A stretch of 64,000 nt of DNA, from NCBI GenBank assembly GCA_030038355.1, contig JASHPB010000044.1:66-64065 (forward strand). The letters run 5' to 3'. This DNA is from Candidatus Binataceae bacterium (lineage in GTDB: Bacteria > Desulfobacterota > Binatia > Binatales > Binataceae). The position numbers and the translations under genes were made by a program. The notes under the pieces are model-generated. The model was not told where the DNA came from and did not search any database. It saw nothing but the letters and a program-made list of their open reading frames with translations. Shown here piece by piece: positions 27,724 through 37,594 of this stretch (positions within the stretch are counted from its first letter, which is position 1; each line of letters begins with the position of its first letter).

Positions 27724-29097
27724 TCACCCCGCGGGCTCGTTCATCGCCTCGAGATCGACGCCGGCGGTCTCGATCCGGAATATCCAGGTCACGACGGCGC
27801 CTAACAGCGACGTTCCGATCAGGATGCAGAGCAACCTTGTAGTTCCGAGATCGACGAGCATGAGCGGAAACAGGTAAGCGGTCGAGACGGCGCCGATTTT
27901 TGCGAACGACGCGGCGAAGCCGGCGCCCTTGCCGCGAATGCGGGTCGGAAAGACCTCGCCCGCGAGCAGGTAGGTCTGCGCGTTCGGCCCCAGGTTGGTC
28001 ATCAGATTGAACAACATTAAGCCGAGGAAAATCAGCGCGCTCCGCGTTTCGCCGCTATAGACGCCCGAGAGCGCGGCAAGCGTCAGCCCGCCGGCGCATC
28101 CGATGAAACCGACGACCTGCAATCGAATTCGCCCGACGCGATCGGAGACTAGCAGCGCGCCCCCAATACCCGCGATGAGCAGGATGTCGATCAATGCGGC
28201 GCCCCGCGAGGCCAGAATATCGCTGTTGATCAGGTCGGCCAGGTTGCGCGCGTGGGCCGTGTGATGGCCAAACGCCGTCACGAGAATCGTCGGCGTGAAG
28301 ATACCGATGCCGTAGGTGCTCAGGTCCTGGAGGAACCACGGCACCGACGCCAGGATCGTTGCGCGCAGGTTCCACGCATCGAAGAGTGCGAAGAAACTGC
28401 CCTCGCGCGAACGCGCCCGTGTCTCAGTGCTGCCGAGCGTGACGAATCGCGGGTGCGGAGGGTCGCGCCTCAGCAGTCGCAGCGTGTGCTGCTCGGCCAT
28501 CTTCACCATCCCGCGGGCGAAAAGCCACGGCGCACTCTCGGTCACCGAGAAGCGACCGACCGTCACGATCAAACCGGGCGCGAGTGCGGTCGCAAACATC
28601 CAGCGCCACGCGCCGGGCTCTGGCCTGTTGCTCAGCACGATGTATCCGATCACGGTGCCGGTCAGCGCGCCCACCGCCTGGCATCCGAAGGCCGCCAGCA
28701 CCAGGCGGCCGCGGAGCCGGCTCGGCGTGCTCTCCGAGATGATCAGATGCGCGGTCGGATAATCGCATCCGAGCGCAATGCCAATGCCGAACAGATAGAC
28801 GACGAGCAGCGTGTAGTTGGGACTGAAGACCAGCAGCGTGAGGAAGACCATGAAGATGAACATCTCGATGACGAACATCCGCTTGCGGCCGAAGTAATCC
28901 GAGAGACTGCCGAGGCCGGCCGCTCCAACCAGGATACCGGACAGGCTCGCCGCGCCGACGATGCCGTGGCGTGAGGGATCCATCCTGAATTCCTCGGCCA
29001 TCAGCGGCATGGCGACACCGGTTATGAACACGACGAAGCCTTCGAAAAACTTGCCGGCGGCGGCGAGGGTCCAGATTCGCCACTGCATCGCGGTCAT
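27724..29097 (-). CDS. MFS transporter (sugar-porter-like)
   Basis: Twelve TM, with a GRKR motif after TM2 (LSDYFGRKRMFV) and a PESP-like motif. The start is taken at MTAMQWRIW; the listed ORF extends to 29232. Confidence 0.7.
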   Translation of the reverse strand: MTAMQWRIWTLAAAGKFFEGFVVFITGVAMPLMAEEFRMDPSRHGIVGAASLSGILVGAAGLGSLSDYFGRKRMFVIEMFIFMVFLTLLVFSPNYTLLVVYLFGIGIALGCDYPTAHLIISESTPSRLRGRLVLAAFGCQAVGALTGTVIGYIVLSNRPEPGAWRWMFATALAPGLIVTVGRFSVTESAPWLFARGMVKMAEQHTLRLLRRDPPHPRFVTLGSTETRARSREGSFFALFDAWNLRATILASVPWFLQDLSTYGIGIFTPTILVTAFGHHTAHARNLADLINSDILASRGAALIDILLIAGIGGALLVSDRVGRIRLQVVGFIGCAGGLTLAALSGVYSGETRSALIFLGLMLFNLMTNLGPNAQTYLLAGEVFPTRIRGKGAGFAASFAKIGAVSTAYLFPLMLVDLGTTRLLCILIGTSLLGAVVTWIFRIETAGVDLEAMNEPAG

Positions 29098-29368
29098 CGG
29101 CGCCGAGCGGAGTGTCGCCCCGTCGGACCACACCGGAGTCTCGTCGATATACTGTTGAACGGATCGCGGATGGACAGATCGTGAATCCGGTTGGGCGGCG
29201 CGATCTTCGGGCAGAGCTCTACCAATCGCCATTAGGTTAAGGCCCTCGCGGCAGCAAGCATAATAAGGGCGAGTTTCCGCAGTGATACCGACGCGTGCTG
29301 ACTGCGTTAACAGAGCGTGTAGACCGGAGCGGGCGGGACGTCTGCCGCCACTCGAGCGCGGCTCGAGA

Positions 29369-30511
29369 CTAATTTCGCACCGGCGCGAACTCCGCGCGGA
29401 TACGATCGGTGTGGGCGCCGAGCGCTGGCGCGGCGCGGCGCGTCGTGCCGTCGGTAAGTCCGCTCATCTTGATTGGGTTGCCTGCCATCCGGATGTTGCC
29501 GGCGCTCACGAACATGTTGCGCTCCGCCAGCTGCGGAAGCTTCGTCATCTCCTCGACCGTGTTGACGAGGCTGCAGGGAACGTTGGCCTCGCTCAGAATC
29601 TCAATCCACTCGGCGGCGGGTCGCGTGCGCAGCGCGCGATCGAGCTCGACTTTGAGGCGCGAGTGATTTGCCACGCGGTTGGCGAGTTCCGCGAACCGCG
29701 CATCATGCACGAGATCCGGCCGCTCAACCAACTCGCAGAGGCGGGCGAACATCTCGTCGGTCGCCGCAATGATGTAAATGAGACGATCGGCGGCCAGGAA
29801 CGCGTCGGACGGCGTAATCACCGGATGGCGGCTGCCGATTCGCGAAACCGGCGGCTCGCCGTTGAGCGCGCGCATGAGAGCCGCTTCGAGCACTGCAACC
29901 TGCGCATCGAGCATCGCGATATCGATCCGCGAGCCCTCACCCGTCCGCTCGCGCTCATACAGCGCAGCCTCAATACCGGCGAGGCAGAAGAGCCCGCTCA
30001 TGTAATCCATCATCGAGGTGCCGACCTTGGTGGGCGGATCGTCGGGCTGGCCGTTGATGCTCATCATGCCGCCCATCGCCTGGATAATTGGATCGTAGGC
30101 GGGCTGGTTGCGAAGCGTGCCGTCCTGGCCGAAGCCGGAGATCGCCGCATAGATGATGCGCGGGTTGATCGCGCGCAGCGCCGGATAATCGAGGCCGAGA
30201 TGCTGCAACGTCACGTAACGTAGATTCTCGACCACGACGTCGGCGCGCCGAATCATCTCGCAGAGCAGCGCATGATCGTCGGGCAGCTCACAGTCGATCA
30301 CGATCGATTCCTTGCCGCGATTGATCGATGCGAAGTAGATCGACATGCCGTCGCGATCCGGTCCGAAGCGCCGCGTATCGTCGCCGTGACCCGCGTGCTC
30401 GACCTTGATCACGCGCGCGCCGAGCTCAGCCAGGAGCATCGTGCAGAAAGGACCCGACAGGACGTGAGTCAGATCGATAACCGTCACGTCAGATAACGGT
30501 GCGGCGCCCAT
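29369..30511 (-). CDS. Family III CoA-transferase (CaiB/BaiF family)
   Basis: LSDVTVIDLTHVLSGPFCTMLLAELGARVIKVE is the canonical CoA_transf_3 N-terminus, in 380 aa. Confidence 0.85.
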   Translation of the reverse strand: MGAAPLSDVTVIDLTHVLSGPFCTMLLAELGARVIKVEHAGHGDDTRRFGPDRDGMSIYFASINRGKESIVIDCELPDDHALLCEMIRRADVVVENLRYVTLQHLGLDYPALRAINPRIIYAAISGFGQDGTLRNQPAYDPIIQAMGGMMSINGQPDDPPTKVGTSMMDYMSGLFCLAGIEAALYERERTGEGSRIDIAMLDAQVAVLEAALMRALNGEPPVSRIGSRHPVITPSDAFLAADRLIYIIAATDEMFARLCELVERPDLVHDARFAELANRVANHSRLKVELDRALRTRPAAEWIEILSEANVPCSLVNTVEEMTKLPQLAERNMFVSAGNIRMAGNPIKMSGLTDGTTRRAAPALGAHTDRIRAEFAPVRN

Positions 30512-30594
30512 GCTTTCCTCCCCCAGCGCGGCTACGACGCTGCCGCGATCAGCGAAGATACTGCACTAGTTCGGTAATTCTGGCGACGGGTGAT

Positions 30595-32121
30595 TCAGCG
30601 GCCACCGCCGCCTGGGGCGAGCGGATCTGCAGACACCGCGCCATGTTTTGCGGGCTTCGGCATGTGGATGTACAAATCCTCCGCCGCGGGACGCTTGTCG
30701 GTATGCATCTTCGGCGGTCGCATCGCGTACTTCACTTCCTTGAAGTGCTCGTTGTACTGGCGCTCGGGGTTGTACACGCGGTTGAATTTCCAGAGCATCT
30801 TGAGGAAGTTGGTCTGCCCCTTGAGCGCGAGCTTGCCCGCGATCGTCGCGACTTCCTTCAGTGCCGCAAACCCGAGATGCTTCTTGTTGAGCACGTCCTG
30901 CGTCTTCACGAGCTGCCGGTAAAACTCGTCGAGCGGCAGCGTCGTCGGCAGTACGGCGTGCTGGATATCGAAAAGCCGGTAATCGAGCGTCGTCAGCTTG
31001 CGCGATTCGGTAAACCAGAGCTCGGTTCCCGGATACGGCGTTGCGACCGTGAGATGCACAATCTCCGGGATGCTCATGGCCCATTCGCGGATAATCTCGA
31101 AGCGGCGCGCGTCCCACGACGGGTCGGCGATCAGGTTGATTGCGACGGTCAGGCCGATATCGCGCGCGACTTCGAGCGCCTTGTTATTCACGCCCATCGA
31201 CGAACGCTTGCGATGCAGCTTGAGCCCTTCCTCGTCGATCGCTTCGAGGCCGAGGAACATGTACTCGAGCCCGAGCTTGCGCCAATAGCGGAAGACCTCG
31301 GGGTTGCGGCATAGCACGTCGGAGCGAGTCTCGAGGTAGTAGCGCTTTTTGATGCGGCGCTTCTCGATCTCCTTGCCGATGGCGAAGCCGTGCTCGGGAT
31401 GGATGAACGCAACGTCGTCGACAATGAAGACTCCAGATTCCTTGATCGACGCCATGTCTTCTGCCGCAGCCTCGGCTGTCGATTTGCGATAGCTGCGGCC
31501 GTAGAAGGTCCACGCGCTGCAGAACGAACAGTCCCACGGGCATCCACGGGTGAATTCGATCGACGCGGCGGGATCGAGGACGCCGATGAAATACTTGTTG
31601 CGGCGGCGGCCCAGATCGCGCGCCGGGAAAAATTTGTCGAGGTCGTCGAGCATTATTGGCGCGGGCCCGACGCCACGCGTTGTTACCGCTCCCGGCACCT
31701 TCGCGATCGAATCGGTGCCGACCGCTTGCAGCAGCATCACCGCCGCCGTCTCGCCCTCGCCGCGCAGCACGCAGTCGATGGCGCCCTCGGCGTGCTCGAG
31801 CAACTCGTCCGCCACGAACGATCCGCTATGTCCACCGCTGAAGACGAAACATTGAGGATCAAGCCGCTTGAGCTCCTTGGCTAGGTCAATCACCTCGGGC
31901 GCGTTGGCGAGATAGTTGAGCGAGAAGCCGACGGCCTGCGGCTTGAAGCCTTTGAGCTCCGCGAAGAGGTCGGGATGCTTGAAAATCTGGAGATCGATCA
32001 TGCGGACATCGTGACCCGCGGCACGCACCGCCGCAGCGACGCGCTCCATCCCGAGCGGTTCCAGCCGCAGGTAGATTTCGCTGTACATGAGTGGGCTAGG
32101 ATGGACGAAGAGAACGCGCAT
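30595..32121 (-). CDS. Cobalamin-binding (class B) radical SAM protein, HpnP/HpnR/BchE-like architecture
   Basis: An N-terminal B12-binding Rossmann domain (RVLFVHPSP...GGHSGSF) is followed by a radical SAM core that includes FTRGCPWDCSFCSAW, and by a C-terminal DUF4070-like region. Confidence 0.8.
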   Translation of the reverse strand: MRVLFVHPSPLMYSEIYLRLEPLGMERVAAAVRAAGHDVRMIDLQIFKHPDLFAELKGFKPQAVGFSLNYLANAPEVIDLAKELKRLDPQCFVFSGGHSGSFVADELLEHAEGAIDCVLRGEGETAAVMLLQAVGTDSIAKVPGAVTTRGVGPAPIMLDDLDKFFPARDLGRRRNKYFIGVLDPAASIEFTRGCPWDCSFCSAWTFYGRSYRKSTAEAAAEDMASIKESGVFIVDDVAFIHPEHGFAIGKEIEKRRIKKRYYLETRSDVLCRNPEVFRYWRKLGLEYMFLGLEAIDEEGLKLHRKRSSMGVNNKALEVARDIGLTVAINLIADPSWDARRFEIIREWAMSIPEIVHLTVATPYPGTELWFTESRKLTTLDYRLFDIQHAVLPTTLPLDEFYRQLVKTQDVLNKKHLGFAALKEVATIAGKLALKGQTNFLKMLWKFNRVYNPERQYNEHFKEVKYAMRPPKMHTDKRPAAEDLYIHMPKPAKHGAVSADPLAPGGGGR

Positions 32122-32294
32122 GACCCCTCCCGTCTAAGTCGCGCCGCGCGGGCGCGAACCAGAATTTCGCGACCAGGCGACCCTGACCAATCGGCCAGTC
32201 TATGACTATCGTAACCCTCACGTAACGCGAATAAAAGACGGCGTGCAAAATGAAATGCCCGCGTTTCCTGCGAAATCTGCCGCGCTGCTAAGAT

Positions 32295-32480
32295 ATGACC
32301 ATGGCAGTCAGCAAAGGCCAGCACCAATTTCCGAGCAATCTCGTGCTCGCGATGATCCTCGTCTTCGCCCTGGTCGATGCCATCCTGATCGCTCATCTGC
32401 ACGCGCGCTTCATCGTCGATCACGGCTACGATCTCCGCCCGCGCCATCCCGCGGTCGCGAAACCCGCACCGCCATCATGA
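32295..32480 (+). CDS. Small hypothetical single-TM protein (61 aa)
   Basis: GC3-rich codons (atc ctc gtc ttc gcc ctg gtc gat gcc atc ctg) and a hydrophobic helix LVLAMILVFALVDAILIAHL, in a 480-bp divergent intergenic region. Confidence 0.35.
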   Translation: MTMAVSKGQHQFPSNLVLAMILVFALVDAILIAHLHARFIVDHGYDLRPRHPAVAKPAPPS

Positions 32481-32605
32481 GTCGGCCCCACATTTCAGCA
32501 GTCCCCTTGACAAGCTTCGGCAGCCGCCGGAGTTTGTGATCCAAGTTCCTTACATAACGAACATGCTTGTGGCGCGGACCGAATCGCCGCGCGATCGGAG
32601 TAATC

Positions 32606-33622
32606 ATGAACTACACGAAACTCGGCAGGACAGGCGTGACCGTCTCGCGTATCTGCCTCGGATGCATGAGCTATGGCGACAAGAAGTGGCGCGACTGGGT
32701 GCTGACGATGGACGAAGCGCGCGAGCACTTCGCCGAATCGCTCGAAGCCGGCATCAACTTCTTCGATACGGCCAATGTTTATTCGGTTGGCGTGAGCGAA
32801 GAGATCACCGGGCGATGGCTCGGCGAGATGGCCAAGCGCGACGAGATCGTGATCGCGACCAAGGTGCACGGCCAGATGAGCTCGGGCCTCAACCGCGCCG
32901 GACTCTCGCGCAAGAACATCCTGCAGGCCTGCGACGCGTCGCTCAAACGGCTCAAGACCGATTTCATCGACCTCTACCAGATTCATCGTTTCGACTTCAC
33001 GACTCCGCTCGAGGAAACGCTCGATGCGCTCGATTCGCTAGTCCGCGCGGGCAAGGTGCGCTACCTGGGCGCGAGCTCGATGGCGGCGTGGCAGTTCGCC
33101 AAGGCGCTGCATCTGCAGAAGGAAAACGGATGGCACCGATTCATTTCGATGCAGAATCACTACAACCTCGTCTATCGCGAAGAGGAGCGCGAGATGAATC
33201 CACTCTGCATCGATGAGGGCGTCGGGCTCATCCCGTGGAGTCCGCTGGCGCGCGGCTTCCTCGCGGGCAATCGCGAGAAGGGCGGCTCGGGCACGACGGC
33301 GCGCGCCAAGACCGACGACTTCGCGCGCAACATGTATTTCCGCGAATACGATTTCGAGGTGCTGACCGAGGTTGAGCGCATCGCGAAAGAGCGCGCAGTG
33401 ACGCCGTCGCAGATCGCCTGCGCCTGGATCCTGCAAGCGCCGGGAGTCACCGCACCGATTATCGGCGCGACCAAGCTGAACCATCTTAAGGAATCGATCG
33501 CGGCGGTCGATATCAAGCTGACGCCGCCAGAGATCGAGGCGCTCGAGAAGCCGTACCGGCCGCATCCGATTCTCGGCCACACGCAGCCAGAGCCACGGCG
33601 GATGGCTCACGCCGGCCACTAG
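32606..33622 (+). CDS. Aldo/keto reductase
   Basis: MNYTKLGRTGVTVSRICLGCMSYG...FFDTANVY matches the AKR N-terminus and catalytic region. 338 aa. Confidence 0.85.
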   Translation: MNYTKLGRTGVTVSRICLGCMSYGDKKWRDWVLTMDEAREHFAESLEAGINFFDTANVYSVGVSEEITGRWLGEMAKRDEIVIATKVHGQMSSGLNRAGLSRKNILQACDASLKRLKTDFIDLYQIHRFDFTTPLEETLDALDSLVRAGKVRYLGASSMAAWQFAKALHLQKENGWHRFISMQNHYNLVYREEEREMNPLCIDEGVGLIPWSPLARGFLAGNREKGGSGTTARAKTDDFARNMYFREYDFEVLTEVERIAKERAVTPSQIACAWILQAPGVTAPIIGATKLNHLKESIAAVDIKLTPPEIEALEKPYRPHPILGHTQPEPRRMAHAGH

Positions 33623-33704
33623 AGTTAGCGCGCGCGCAAGTTAAAGCGTTACTTTAAGCGGCGAGGCGGCACGCGACCGCCCGCCGACTGGGAGGATTGG
33701 TCGG

Positions 33705-34118
33705 ATGGAAGTCAACGGCATGGCGCACGTGATGCTCACCGTCAGCAACTTCGAGAAGTGCCGAGCCTTCTACGAAAAACTGCTGCCGTTCCTCGGGCTG
33801 CGTCCCGTGATCAACAGCGACGAGATGTACTATTGCGTCGGCGGCCGCACCGCGGTCGGAATCATGCGCAGTGACGAGCAGTATCGCAGCGAGCGCTTCG
33901 TGCAGCGCCGCATCGGCCTGCATCATCTCTGTCTTCGCGCGCGCGAACGCGCGGATGTGGACGAAGCGCATCGCTTCCTGCAATCGATTGACGCGAAGAT
34001 CGTTCATACACCCGAGGATGGTTCATGGGCGCGCGGCTACTACTCAGTGCTGTTCGAGGATCCCGATGGTATCCGAGTCGAAATCAATCACGTGCCGGGC
34101 AAAGGCCTGCTCGCGTAA
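33705..34118 (+). CDS. VOC-family (glyoxalase/bleomycin-resistance/dioxygenase) protein
   Basis: 137 aa with a paired beta-alpha-beta-beta-beta module pattern (HVMLTVSNFEKCRAFYEKLL ... HLCLRA). Confidence 0.65.
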   Translation: MEVNGMAHVMLTVSNFEKCRAFYEKLLPFLGLRPVINSDEMYYCVGGRTAVGIMRSDEQYRSERFVQRRIGLHHLCLRARERADVDEAHRFLQSIDAKIVHTPEDGSWARGYYSVLFEDPDGIRVEINHVPGKGLLA

Positions 34119-34123
34119 ACCTG

Positions 34124-34687
34124 CTACTTTGACGATTGCGAGTCCGCGCCGCTCCCGATTCCCGTTGGCAGGCCGTCGATGCTCGTGACGTTGTGCTGCT
34201 GTTGATACGGCGTTAGCGCGCCGTCGCCCTTGTTCTGCCAGTACTTGCGCAGCGTGTCGCGCTCCCTCGTGCCGTCGAACGGCACCGCGTAGCCGCATGA
34301 GGTCATGGCGGATTCGACATCGATTTCCATGATCTGACGCACGCCCGGCTCGGGCGGAAACATCGCGAGGTAGGCCTCCCACTTCTCATCGTCAGGATGA
34401 ATCGTGCGGCCACGGCCGTAGATGCGCGCGATACGCGCGCTCTTGTCGAACGAGCAGAACATGATTGTGATGCGCCCATCGTCGAGCAGATGAGCCGCCG
34501 TTTCGTTGCCGCTGCCGGTAAGGTCGAGATAGATCGCGCGCCTCTCGCTGAGCACGCGAAAGGTGTCCATTCCCTTGGGCGAGAGGTTGATTCGTCCGAC
34601 GCGCGGCGCAGTCGCGACGAAGAACATCTTCTGCTCCGCGATGAACTCCTTCAACTCGGGCGTGATGCTGTCGTGGAACTGCGACAT
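34124..34687 (-). CDS. Pyridoxamine 5-prime-phosphate oxidase family (FMN-binding split-barrel) protein
   Basis: KMFFVATAPRVGRINLSPKG is typical of PNPOx-like proteins. 187 aa. Confidence 0.7.
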   Translation of the reverse strand: MSQFHDSITPELKEFIAEQKMFFVATAPRVGRINLSPKGMDTFRVLSERRAIYLDLTGSGNETAAHLLDDGRITIMFCSFDKSARIARIYGRGRTIHPDDEKWEAYLAMFPPEPGVRQIMEIDVESAMTSCGYAVPFDGTRERDTLRKYWQNKGDGALTPYQQQHNVTSIDGLPTGIGSGADSQSSK

Positions 34688-34847
34688 CGGCGCACCTCGG
34701 TTGGGCGATGGTCTATAGGCACGCTACATGCGACGGCCTCGCCACGCAAAGCCGCAAGCCCAGCGCTGCCTACTCTCGATCGCAAGTGTCCGCTCCAGCT
34801 AGTCGCCAGCTGGACGCGCGATTCACCTAGCTATAAGGAGATCTTCG

Positions 34848-35525
34848 ATGCCTGATGCGCAAACAATGAATCCCGAGCCGCCGGGCAATTTCAGTTTCCG
34901 GCGGATGCTGCCGACGCTCATCTACGACGTTGCGCTGCCGATCATCGCGTTCAATCTGCTCACCAAGTACGGTGTCTCGACGCTGCTCGCGCTGGTCGCG
35001 GGCGGAATCTTTCCCGCCGCCAACAACATCGTCACATTCGTCAAATCGCGGCGCCTGGAGCCGCTCGGCATCATCGTGATGATCTTCCTCGCGCTGGGCA
35101 CCGCGGCCTCGCTGATTTCCGGCAGCGTATTCTTTGCACTGATCAAGGAATCTTTCCTGACCGCGACTTTCGGCCTGATCTGCCTCTTCTCTCTCCTCGC
35201 CGAGCGCCCGCTGATGTTCTACATCAACCGTCAATTCGTCGCGGGCGATGATCCGCTGCGGCTCGAATGGTGGAATGGCCTCTGGCAGTTCGAGAACTTT
35301 CGCGCTTCGCAGCGAATCGTGACGACGGTATGGGGCGTCTCCTACATCGTCGAGGCGCTAGTTCGGGTCGGACTGGCACTCACGCGGTCGCCCGCCGAGG
35401 TGGTCGCAATTTCGCCGCTGATGGCCTTTGGCGTGATGATCCTGCTCATCATCTGGACCCGGCGCTATATGAGCGCGATGCGCGAGCGGCGAGTCCGCGA
35501 GCTGCGAGCTAGAGCGGCGGGCTGA
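34848..35525 (+). CDS. Hypothetical integral membrane protein
   Basis: 225 aa with ~6 predicted TM helices, GC3-rich, and no recognisable catalytic motif. Confidence 0.55.
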   Translation: MPDAQTMNPEPPGNFSFRRMLPTLIYDVALPIIAFNLLTKYGVSTLLALVAGGIFPAANNIVTFVKSRRLEPLGIIVMIFLALGTAASLISGSVFFALIKESFLTATFGLICLFSLLAERPLMFYINRQFVAGDDPLRLEWWNGLWQFENFRASQRIVTTVWGVSYIVEALVRVGLALTRSPAEVVAISPLMAFGVMILLIIWTRRYMSAMRERRVRELRARAAG

Positions 35526-35526
35526 C

Positions 35527-36777
35527 TTACGCGGCGACAGCCTTCGCCGGAATCAGCCGCGCCTGTTCAGATTCGAGTGACAAGCATCCGAGCGTCACGA
35601 CTACGCCTAGCGCGGCGGCGACAATAAACGCATCGAAGGCAAACGAGTACGAGCCCATCACATCGAAGATTCGCCCTGCGGCGACCGGGCCGATCGCGGC
35701 GCCTACCGTCTGGAAAACGCCGCTGGTGCCGGCGATCGAGCCGAAACGCTTCAGCCCCAGCGACTCCACGGTGATCATCGGCAGCAGCACCAGCGGCGCG
35801 CCGAGCGAAAGACCGAAGATGAGCACGAACGGGACCAGCACTCCCATGTGGGCGTCACCGAATATCAGGAGAATGCCGACGCCCTGCGCGACGAAATTCC
35901 ATGCCAGCGCGCGCCTTGCGCTGACGCGATCGGCGAACGCGCCCATCATCAGCTTGCCGAGTCCTGCCAGCACCAGCACCAGGCTCATCGTCCTGGCGGC
36001 AAACGCGGCGCTGTAGTGGAGGCCGATGAGGTAGGGAATCAGGTGCAGGCCGGCGCTCGCCGCGATGAACGCGTAAAGGAAGTTCGCCCCGCAGATCAGC
36101 CAGAACGAACGCGTGTGCGACGCCTCGCCGAGCTCGAAGCCCGGGAGGTCGATAGCGGGCTGCGTCGGCAGATCGGCCGGAGCGATCGTGGCGCGCACCT
36201 CGGGCGGGCGGCTGCGGACCATCAGGATCATGATCGGAATCGCGACCACGACCATCGGAATCGCGAGCGTGATGTAACCGCCGCGCCATCCGAAATGGGT
36301 GATCGCGAGATTGGCGACTATTGTCATGCCTGCGCCGCCGAGCGCCGTGCCCGAGAGCGTAAGGCCGAGCGCGATTCCGCGGTTGCCGCTGAACCAGTTC
36401 GATACGACCAGCGCAGCGGGCAACAGCGTCGCGCCGCCAATCCCAAATCCTAGTAGCAGGTAAGCGCCGAGCATCGGGCCGTACGAATGAACCTGGCTCG
36501 CGCCGAAATATGCGGCGCCCGCGAACAGCGCGCCAACTACCATCACCGCACGAGCTTCGATTCTATCCAGCAGCCATCCGATGAGCGGCGCCGAGATGCC
36601 GGCCGAGACCGCGAGGATGCTTTGGAGGCCAGAGACCTGCGCGCGACTCCATCCGAATTGTTTGATCAGTGGGGTAACGAAAACGCCGGCGACATTGTAG
36701 CCGCCGCCGAAGATAAGAAAGAGAACCACCCACAGGCTTGCAACGATCAACCATCCCTGGCGTTCGCGCGGCGTCAT
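35527..36777 (-). CDS. MFS transporter
   Basis: 416 aa and 12 TM, with an OFA-like organisation (GWLLDRIEARAVMVVG). Confidence 0.75.
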   Translation of the reverse strand: MTPRERQGWLIVASLWVVLFLIFGGGYNVAGVFVTPLIKQFGWSRAQVSGLQSILAVSAGISAPLIGWLLDRIEARAVMVVGALFAGAAYFGASQVHSYGPMLGAYLLLGFGIGGATLLPAALVVSNWFSGNRGIALGLTLSGTALGGAGMTIVANLAITHFGWRGGYITLAIPMVVVAIPIMILMVRSRPPEVRATIAPADLPTQPAIDLPGFELGEASHTRSFWLICGANFLYAFIAASAGLHLIPYLIGLHYSAAFAARTMSLVLVLAGLGKLMMGAFADRVSARRALAWNFVAQGVGILLIFGDAHMGVLVPFVLIFGLSLGAPLVLLPMITVESLGLKRFGSIAGTSGVFQTVGAAIGPVAAGRIFDVMGSYSFAFDAFIVAAALGVVVTLGCLSLESEQARLIPAKAVAA

Positions 36778-36859
36778 AAGTTTCTCCAGCGGAGCGTTGG
36801 TGTCTGGACTTATAGCCAGCGCGCCCGACGAGGTCGAGCGGAAATCGGGACGCGCTCGG

Positions 36860-37564
36860 CTACTCCATCGAAGACAGCGGGATAAAGCCCTCGAGACCGC
36901 TCCTCATCCTGATCTGCGCGTAGTTGAGGGAGATCGCGATCACGTGAACGTTGTGACCCTGGTGAACCTCGGAGAGCTTCTTGCTCCATTTGTTCGGCTT
37001 CTCGAGCACAGCGGCGTTGTGCGAAAGCTGGAAGATCTTGTCGATCGGCTTGAGGATGTCGACCGATGCCGGATCGATATAACCGGTCTCACCGTTCCTC
37101 AGATGAACACGCAGAAAGTAATGCGTTGAACCTGTCACGCGGACGAACTTGTCCGGCTGAAGTTGCTCGAGATGCTTGCTCGTCTTGACGGGCTCGCTGT
37201 AAACCCAGTCCACCTTGACCACCTTGACCACTGCGTCCGCAGATTCGACGTCGAAGTGCTTAGGCACCTCAGGTGCACGATGGGCAGACGCCATACGATG
37301 CGCCCCGGCACTTGCCGTTCCTGCCGGAGCGGGCGCCATGCCCGCTTCGGCGGGAGAAGGCGCGGCGGCTCCAGGAGAGGCCTGCGTCGCAGCCGGGCCG
37401 CCGCCGTCGGCCGGCACGATCGACGTTTCAGGAACGCCTTCGTCCGACGGCGCCGCCGACGGTCCGGCGGCACTTGCCGCGGGCGTCCACGCATATAGCG
37501 CCGCGCCCAGCACGCTTGCGCAAGCTGCGATCCGCACCCATGCAGAATTTCGATCGTTCATCAT
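36860..37564 (-). CDS. Secreted protein with an Ala/Pro-rich linker and a C-terminal SH3b-like domain
   Basis: A signal peptide (AACASVLGAALYA) is followed by a low-complexity AAPSPAEAG region and then a ~70-aa domain (YFLRVHLRNGETGYIDPASV) resembling bacterial SH3. Confidence 0.55.
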   Translation of the reverse strand: MMNDRNSAWVRIAACASVLGAALYAWTPAASAAGPSAAPSDEGVPETSIVPADGGGPAATQASPGAAAPSPAEAGMAPAPAGTASAGAHRMASAHRAPEVPKHFDVESADAVVKVVKVDWVYSEPVKTSKHLEQLQPDKFVRVTGSTHYFLRVHLRNGETGYIDPASVDILKPIDKIFQLSHNAAVLEKPNKWSKKLSEVHQGHNVHVIAISLNYAQIRMRSGLEGFIPLSSME

Positions 37565-37594
37565 CGGCCTCCCCCTCCCCTCGGTACCTCTATG

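Noticed and set aside
32122-32294. Cobalamin riboswitch upstream of the B12-dependent radical SAM gene
   Set aside because: No B12-box (GCCACUG) or matching helices were found on the relevant strand.
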